Below are positions 15,609 to 20,016 of a DNA stretch of 20,016 bases, one piece after another; the first letter of the stretch is position 1; the number at the start of each line of letters is the position of its first letter. Source of the DNA: Candidatus Fermentibacteraceae bacterium (GTDB lineage Bacteria; Fermentibacterota; Fermentibacteria; Fermentibacterales; JCC-6). The notes under the pieces were generated by a model. The model saw nothing but the letters and a program-made list of their open reading frames with translations, had not been told where the DNA came from and searched no databases. The DNA lies in assembly GCA_041686025.1 (NCBI GenBank), contig JAWLEP010000044.1:1-20016 (forward strand), in the 5' to 3' direction. A program made the position numbers and the translations under genes.

Positions 15609-16730
15609 ATGAGATACGCAGCCGTCCCTGCTACAATCCTCGCGATTCTCGTCGCCTGCGGGGGAGGGGAGCCCGAGCCCACGGCCGACGACGCCATCAC
15701 ACTGCCGGTCGATACCCTCGAGGCAGCGGTAGAGATCGGCGAGGAGATAGGCGACTCCACCAACACCTTCGGCGCCATCGTCGCAGCCACTATCGACCCC
15801 CAGGGCCGCCTGATAATCGTCGACCAGGCCGCCGCCTGCCTGAAGGTCTACGACATGGAGGGCAACTACACCCGCCAGGTCTCCCGACGTGGGGACGGGC
15901 CCGGAGAGCTCACGATGCCCTGGGGCGTATTCACCTGGCCCGACGGTCGCATTGCGGTTACGGCACCGGGGAAGCACGGTTACGTAGTATTCGACGACTC
16001 CCTGGAGTACGTGGAGGAGGTAGGCCTCTGGACCCAGAATCCCCCGTTCCAGGGCACACCCGTCTCCGACAGCCAGTACGTCGCCTACAAGATCGGCCAG
16101 AATGCCGAGGGAGGCGAGCTAACGCTTCGCCGAACGGTTGCCCTCTACAGATGGGGCCGGGAGGAGTGGGACCGCATCCTCTGGCAGGATTCCATTCAGA
16201 CCACCATCAGCGAGATGATGGAGGATCCCTCCCCGGTGATAATGGACCTCCTCGACCCCCTCTCCATTACGGGCAACGGCGAGGACGGCATCTTCTTCGC
16301 CCTGAAGGACGGCGAGGAGTATGCAATCACGGCCTGGGACACCACCGGCGCTGAGCTCCTCTCCATCGGCCGCGACCTCACCCCGGTTGAGAAGACGCCC
16401 GAGGAGCTGGAGGCGGAGAGCATCTACGTCACAGGCTACATACAGCGGATGAGCGGTGGTGGCGGCGGCATGCCCTTCGAGTACAACCCCGACCCCTACA
16501 AGGACATGGTCATAGACCTGGACATCGGCCCCGACGGCAACCTCTGGGCCCGCCGCGGCACCCGCAACGAGCCGTTCTTCGACATCTACGACCTGCAGGG
16601 CAACCTGCTCCGCCACGCCGTCTTCCCCGAGGAAGGCTGGAGCTGGCGGACCGAGGTCACCCCCCGGGGCATCATCGCCTGGGAGGACGACCCCGAGGAA
16701 GGCTACCAGAGGCTCTACCTGCTGCGATAG
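15609..16730 (+). CDS. 6-bladed (NHL/TolB-like) beta-propeller lipoprotein, copy A
   Basis: GGGAGGA RBS. Lipobox LVA-C. 'IDPQGRLIIVDQ...LKVYD.EG......SRRGDGPGEL..P', 'IGPDGNLW', 'FDIYDLQG'. Confidence 0.88.
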   Translation: MRYAAVPATILAILVACGGGEPEPTADDAITLPVDTLEAAVEIGEEIGDSTNTFGAIVAATIDPQGRLIIVDQAAACLKVYDMEGNYTRQVSRRGDGPGELTMPWGVFTWPDGRIAVTAPGKHGYVVFDDSLEYVEEVGLWTQNPPFQGTPVSDSQYVAYKIGQNAEGGELTLRRTVALYRWGREEWDRILWQDSIQTTISEMMEDPSPVIMDLLDPLSITGNGEDGIFFALKDGEEYAITAWDTTGAELLSIGRDLTPVEKTPEELEAESIYVTGYIQRMSGGGGGMPFEYNPDPYKDMVIDLDIGPDGNLWARRGTRNEPFFDIYDLQGNLLRHAVFPEEGWSWRTEVTPRGIIAWEDDPEEGYQRLYLLR

Positions 16731-16737
16731 GGCATCC

Positions 16738-16776
16738 CGGGCGGCGGAGGAGAGGAGGCCCGCCGCAGGCCGCCCG
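16738..16776 (+). terminator. GC-rich inverted repeats after propeller copy A
   Basis: CGGGCGGC(16738-45)/GCCGCCCG(16769-76), or alternatively GCGGCGG(16741-47)/CCGCCGC(16760-66). No U-tract. Confidence 0.25.
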
Positions 16777-16907
16777 CTCCGGGCTTCCGCGTCAGCATCA
16801 TTCGTAGAACCGGGGGTGCAGGTGCAGGGCGAGCGATACCTGGCGGATACCGGGAAAGGGTCTCTCCCGGCCCTGCCGCAGGCACACATAGGCTACGGTA
16901 ACCATGG

Positions 16908-16948
16908 TTGCCGAAGAAACAATATTCCCATATAATGTTTCTCGGAGG
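16908..16948 (+). promoter_or_regulatory. Sigma70 promoter, overlapping inverted repeat and RBS of the ATPase gene
   Basis: TTGCCG(16908-13)-17 nt-TATAAT(16931-36). Imperfect inverted repeat CCGAAGAAACA...TGTTTCTCGG. GGAGG at 16944-48, ATG at 16954. Confidence 0.8.
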
Positions 16949-16953
16949 AAACA

Positions 16954-18246
16954 ATGCAATACGAGAATGCCCGCTCCGTCGTAGCGGAATGGCTGGACCG
17001 CGATGGTTTTCCCGAGCTTGTAGAGCGGAGGATGCCGTCACTCGAGCCACCCCCGAGAGGGTCGGTTCTTGCCCTGGTCGGACCCAGACGCTCCGGCAAG
17101 ACATTCCTGATGTACCAGATGTCCGAAGAGGTCGACGGCAGAGGCTCCAGCCTGCTGGTGGACATGGAGGACTACCGGCTGGTCTCCATGGAGCCCGGGG
17201 ATATCGAGCTTCTACTCCGGGCGCACAGGGAACTGACGGGCTCCGATCCTACGCATCTGTTCCTCGATGAGGTACAGGCCCTTCCCGACTGGAGCCACGT
17301 GCTCAGAACCCTCTGCAACCGCAGGAAGAGCAGCATCGTCGTCTCCGGCAGCAACTCGGCCCTTCTCGAGCGGGAGATTTCGACGGAGCTGCGGGGCCGT
17401 TACGCGGCCCGGCGGGTGTACCCTCTATCATTCGCGGAGTTCCTGGAGTTCAGAGGTTACGGCTACGATCGACTCTCTCCGCATACCGGGAGAAGCGGAG
17501 AGCTGGCGGGAGCCCTCCGTGACTACCTCGCCGTGGGCGGGTTTCCGGAGGTTGTGCTCGCCCGTTCGGCCCTGCGCAGGAGGGAGCTGCTTACATCCTA
17601 CTTCAGGACGGTGTTCATGAGCGACCTCCTGGACAGGTACGAGGTACATTCTACAAGAGTGATGCAGAAGCTCATGGAGCATCTGCTGACGTCGTTCGCG
17701 GCTCCCTTCTCCATATCGCGTTTCACCGGGCGGATAAACGCTGCCGGTACGCCGGCCAGCAAGAAGACCGTCTCGGCATTTCTGGGATACCTGGAGGAGG
17801 TATTCTTCACGGCTACAACGCAGATCTGCACCCCGTCGGCGCACAGACGCCGGCTGAACCCCAGGAAGGCCTACCTGGTCGACCACGGCTTTGCGGTGGT
17901 GCCGCACAGGTACTCCGAGAGCCTCGGCTCACTGCTGGAGAACGCAGTCGGCATCGAGCTGCTCAGGTCGGAGGAGAGGCCATGTTACTTCCATGGCAGG
18001 GGGGAGTGCGACTTCGTGTTCGGTGAGCCGGGAGACTCCGTCGAGGCCCTTCAGGTCTGCTGGGCAATGGATGAGGGGAACAGGCAACGGGAGCTTCGGG
18101 GCCTGCTGAGCGCAGCGGAGCAGACGGGCGCGGAGAAGCTCACCGTAGTAACCGCAGACCAGCGGCAGACCGTAACCGAACGGGGCAGGGAGATCGACGT
18201 AGTCCCCGCCTGGGACTGGCTGCTGCAGGACGCCCTCAAGGGCTGA
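16954..18246 (+). CDS. AAA_14 + DUF4143 ATP-binding protein (AAA+ ATPase, wHTH, PD-(D/E)xK-like C-terminus)
   Basis: Walker A GPRRSGKT, Walker B LFLDEVQ, SGSNS, ELRGR, YPLSFAEF, GGFPE, 'KKTV..FL.YLEE', PRKAYLVDHG, LLEN.V..EL, ECDFV, LQVC. Confidence 0.95.
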   Translation: MQYENARSVVAEWLDRDGFPELVERRMPSLEPPPRGSVLALVGPRRSGKTFLMYQMSEEVDGRGSSLLVDMEDYRLVSMEPGDIELLLRAHRELTGSDPTHLFLDEVQALPDWSHVLRTLCNRRKSSIVVSGSNSALLEREISTELRGRYAARRVYPLSFAEFLEFRGYGYDRLSPHTGRSGELAGALRDYLAVGGFPEVVLARSALRRRELLTSYFRTVFMSDLLDRYEVHSTRVMQKLMEHLLTSFAAPFSISRFTGRINAAGTPASKKTVSAFLGYLEEVFFTATTQICTPSAHRRRLNPRKAYLVDHGFAVVPHRYSESLGSLLENAVGIELLRSEERPCYFHGRGECDFVFGEPGDSVEALQVCWAMDEGNRQRELRGLLSAAEQTGAEKLTVVTADQRQTVTERGREIDVVPAWDWLLQDALKG

Positions 18247-18336
18247 AGGACCGGCTGTGACGATGTCCCCCGGTTCGAATATGCTACACGGGTTCGAACC
18301 ACGGATGACACCCCACGACCCGAAGGAGGGAGCGCC

Positions 18337-18978
18337 ATGGAGTCGGAGCCGGAACGGCCCGAATCGACTGAGGAGGACTGGAAGCAGTTCCAGGCCGAGG
18401 CGGCTTTCGGCGAAAGCATCTTCCTGCAGATGATGGGCGACATGGAGGGCTGTGTGGAGGCCCTGCGGACCTCCCTGCAGCTCAGGCCCGACTGGCCCCA
18501 GGCCATTCTGGCGGTGGCCTCCGTTGAGTACCAGCTAGGCAACGTCGAAAGGGGGGCGGAGCTTATCGCCCGGCTCCTCGAGCTTCCCGACACTGACGGA
18601 CACCTCTGGGAGTTCGCGGACAAGGCGGGAGAGGTGCTCATCGAGGAGGAGCGCTACGCCGAGGGCCTGGAGTACTACGAGGCTGCCGTGGAGCGATTTC
18701 CCGGCCATGCCGGCCTGCTTCAGGGAGTAAGCTGCTGCGCAGGGCATGTCGGCCTGCTCGGCAGGGCGGTGGATACTGCACGCGAGGCCCTGCGGCTGGA
18801 GCCGGACAATCAGAAGGCGGTCAACGACCTTGGCTTCTGCCTCTTCGAGGTGGGGGAGCTCGAGGAAGCGGAGAGGCTCCTGGCCCGCGCGGCGGAGATG
18901 GACCCCGGCGACGACCTCGCCCGGAACAACCTCGAGGCGTGCCGGGAGGCCATGGGGAAGAGCCCGGGGCAGCGCTGA
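18337..18978 (+). CDS. Tetratricopeptide repeat protein
   Basis: AAGGAGG RBS. TPR units such as 'AREALRLEPDNQKAVNDLGFCLFEVGELEEAERLLARAAEMDP.D.LARNNL'. No signal peptide. Confidence 0.9.
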   Translation: MESEPERPESTEEDWKQFQAEAAFGESIFLQMMGDMEGCVEALRTSLQLRPDWPQAILAVASVEYQLGNVERGAELIARLLELPDTDGHLWEFADKAGEVLIEEERYAEGLEYYEAAVERFPGHAGLLQGVSCCAGHVGLLGRAVDTAREALRLEPDNQKAVNDLGFCLFEVGELEEAERLLARAAEMDPGDDLARNNLEACREAMGKSPGQR

Positions 18979-19060
18979 AGAGCCCCAGAAGACCTGGAGA
19001 TGAACCGCTCCAAGGGGCAGGGCGGAGGCCGGACTCAGCTTGATCGCAGGGAGGAGAAAG

Positions 19061-20016
19061 ATGAAGCGGACCGCACTTATTTCGGTAGTTTTCTTGCTGA
19101 CATTTGCCTGCGGCGGAAGCGATGAAGGCCCCGCGTCTGCGGAAGGACCCCCGCAGAACCCCGTCACCGGGCCGGTGGACACACTGGAGGTGGCCTGGGA
19201 GGTGGGGGAGGAGCTGGGCGACTCCACCCGCTCCTTCGGCGGCATCGCCGCGGCAGCAATCGACGACCGGGGCAGGCTCTTCGTCCTCGACCAGGTTGCC
19301 GCCTGCGTGAAGGTCTTCGACCTGCAGGGCAGCTACGTCCGGCAGGTGTCCCGCCGCGGAAGCGGCCCCGGGGAGCTGCGCCTTCCCATGGACCTCTTCA
19401 CCATGCCCGGCCGGCTCATGGTCCACGCCCCCATGAAGAGGGGCTACGTGGCCTTCGACGATTCGCTGCAGCTGACCGACGAGTACTCGCTGTGGAGCAT
19501 GAACCCCCCGATCTACTGCGTGGGGCTCTCCGACAGCCAGTACGTGGGCTACAAGATCGGGCAGGACCAGACAGACGAAGGCATCGCGATGAGCCGCAAC
19601 ATCGCCATCTACACCCTGGGAGAGGAAGAGTGGGACAGCCGCCTGTGGGCGGACTCCATGACCGCCAGCATGGCCGAGATGATGGAGGACCCGTCCATGT
19701 TCCTCCTCGATCTGTGGGAGCCGCTGAGTCTGGGGGGCACCGCCGAAGCCGGCATCTTCTTCGCCCTCAGGGACTCGCATGAATACCGCGTCATCGGCTG
19801 GGACTCCACCGGCGCCGAGATACTCAGCATCAGCCAGGACCTGCATCCCGTGGAGAAGTCGGTCGAAGAGATGGAGGCCGAGAGCCTCTACATGAACCGC
19901 TACCTGCAGAACATGGCCGGGGCCGGCGGCGGCTTCCCCTTCGAGTTCGAGCCCCGGCCCTACAGGCACATGATCACGGCTGTGGGAATCGGCCCCGACG
20001 GCAACCTCTGGGTCCG
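19061..20016 (+). CDS. 6-bladed beta-propeller lipoprotein, copy B (runs off the window end; absent from the ORF track)
   Basis: GGAGGAG RBS and ATG 19061. Hand translation MKRTALISVVFLLTFA-CGGS...VDTLE...RQVSRRGSGPGEL...SDSQYVGYKIGQ...IGPDGNLWV is open to the end and collinear with 15609..16730. Confidence 0.92.
   Translation, partial: MKRTALISVVFLLTFACGGSDEGPASAEGPPQNPVTGPVDTLEVAWEVGEELGDSTRSFGGIAAAAIDDRGRLFVLDQVAACVKVFDLQGSYVRQVSRRGSGPGELRLPMDLFTMPGRLMVHAPMKRGYVAFDDSLQLTDEYSLWSMNPPIYCVGLSDSQYVGYKIGQDQTDEGIAMSRNIAIYTLGEEEWDSRLWADSMTASMAEMMEDPSMFLLDLWEPLSLGGTAEAGIFFALRDSHEYRVIGWDSTGAEILSISQDLHPVEKSVEEMEAESLYMNRYLQNMAGAGGGFPFEFEPRPYRHMITAVGIGPDGNLWV

Noticed and set aside
18260..18310. tRNA or tRNA fragment (GGTTCGAA T-loop)
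   Set aside because: The T-stem does not pair, and no acceptor, D or anticodon arms can be formed.
162..19969. Long alternative-frame and antisense ORFs (e.g. 162..914, 2625..3908, 4102..5076, 5311..6693, 7324..8469, 9144..10157, 13685..14581, 14361..15299, 18821..19969)
   Set aside because: These are Arg/Gly/Pro/Ala-rich or antisense shadow ORFs typical of high-GC DNA. They overlap well-supported genes and have no motifs.
1..20016. CRISPR array, rRNA, integrase, transposase or prophage genes
   Set aside because: No regularly spaced repeats or recognisable motifs for any of these were found.

Overview
GC-rich bacterial DNA, almost entirely + strand coding. The protein types (T9SS/FlgD-like C-terminal sorting domain, FG-GAP protein, many lipoproteins, a serpin) suggest an FCB-group organism such as Fermentibacterota; this taxonomy is inference. 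Gene order: EamA/DMT transporter + pyrimidine-dimer-glycosylase-like gene; remnant of an AAA_14/DUF4143 ATPase; a decayed second copy of the EamA + glycosylase pair; a DUF2723/TMEM260-like GT-C glycosyltransferase (- strand); an orphan; YkvA/DUF1232; DUF445; a surface-protein run (FG-GAP/T9SS protein, two FN3 + beta-propeller lipoproteins, serpin, small exported protein); an AbiEi/AbiEii type IV toxin-antitoxin pair; and two paralogous 6-bladed-propeller lipoproteins separated by an intact AAA_14/DUF4143 ATPase and a TPR gene. The second propeller gene is cut by the window end and is missing from the ORF track. No rRNA, tRNA, CRISPR, integrase, transposase or reverse transcriptase was seen. 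Most interesting leads: (i) D-(S/T)-(A/I/L/V/M/T) O-glycosylation sequons enriched and positionally conserved in exported proteins near a TMEM260-like transferase; (ii) DUF4143 ATPase cassettes sitting twice between homologous gene copies, with similar palindromic promoter regions; (iii) a synonymously diverged, decayed gene-pair copy containing an 88-bp identical tract.
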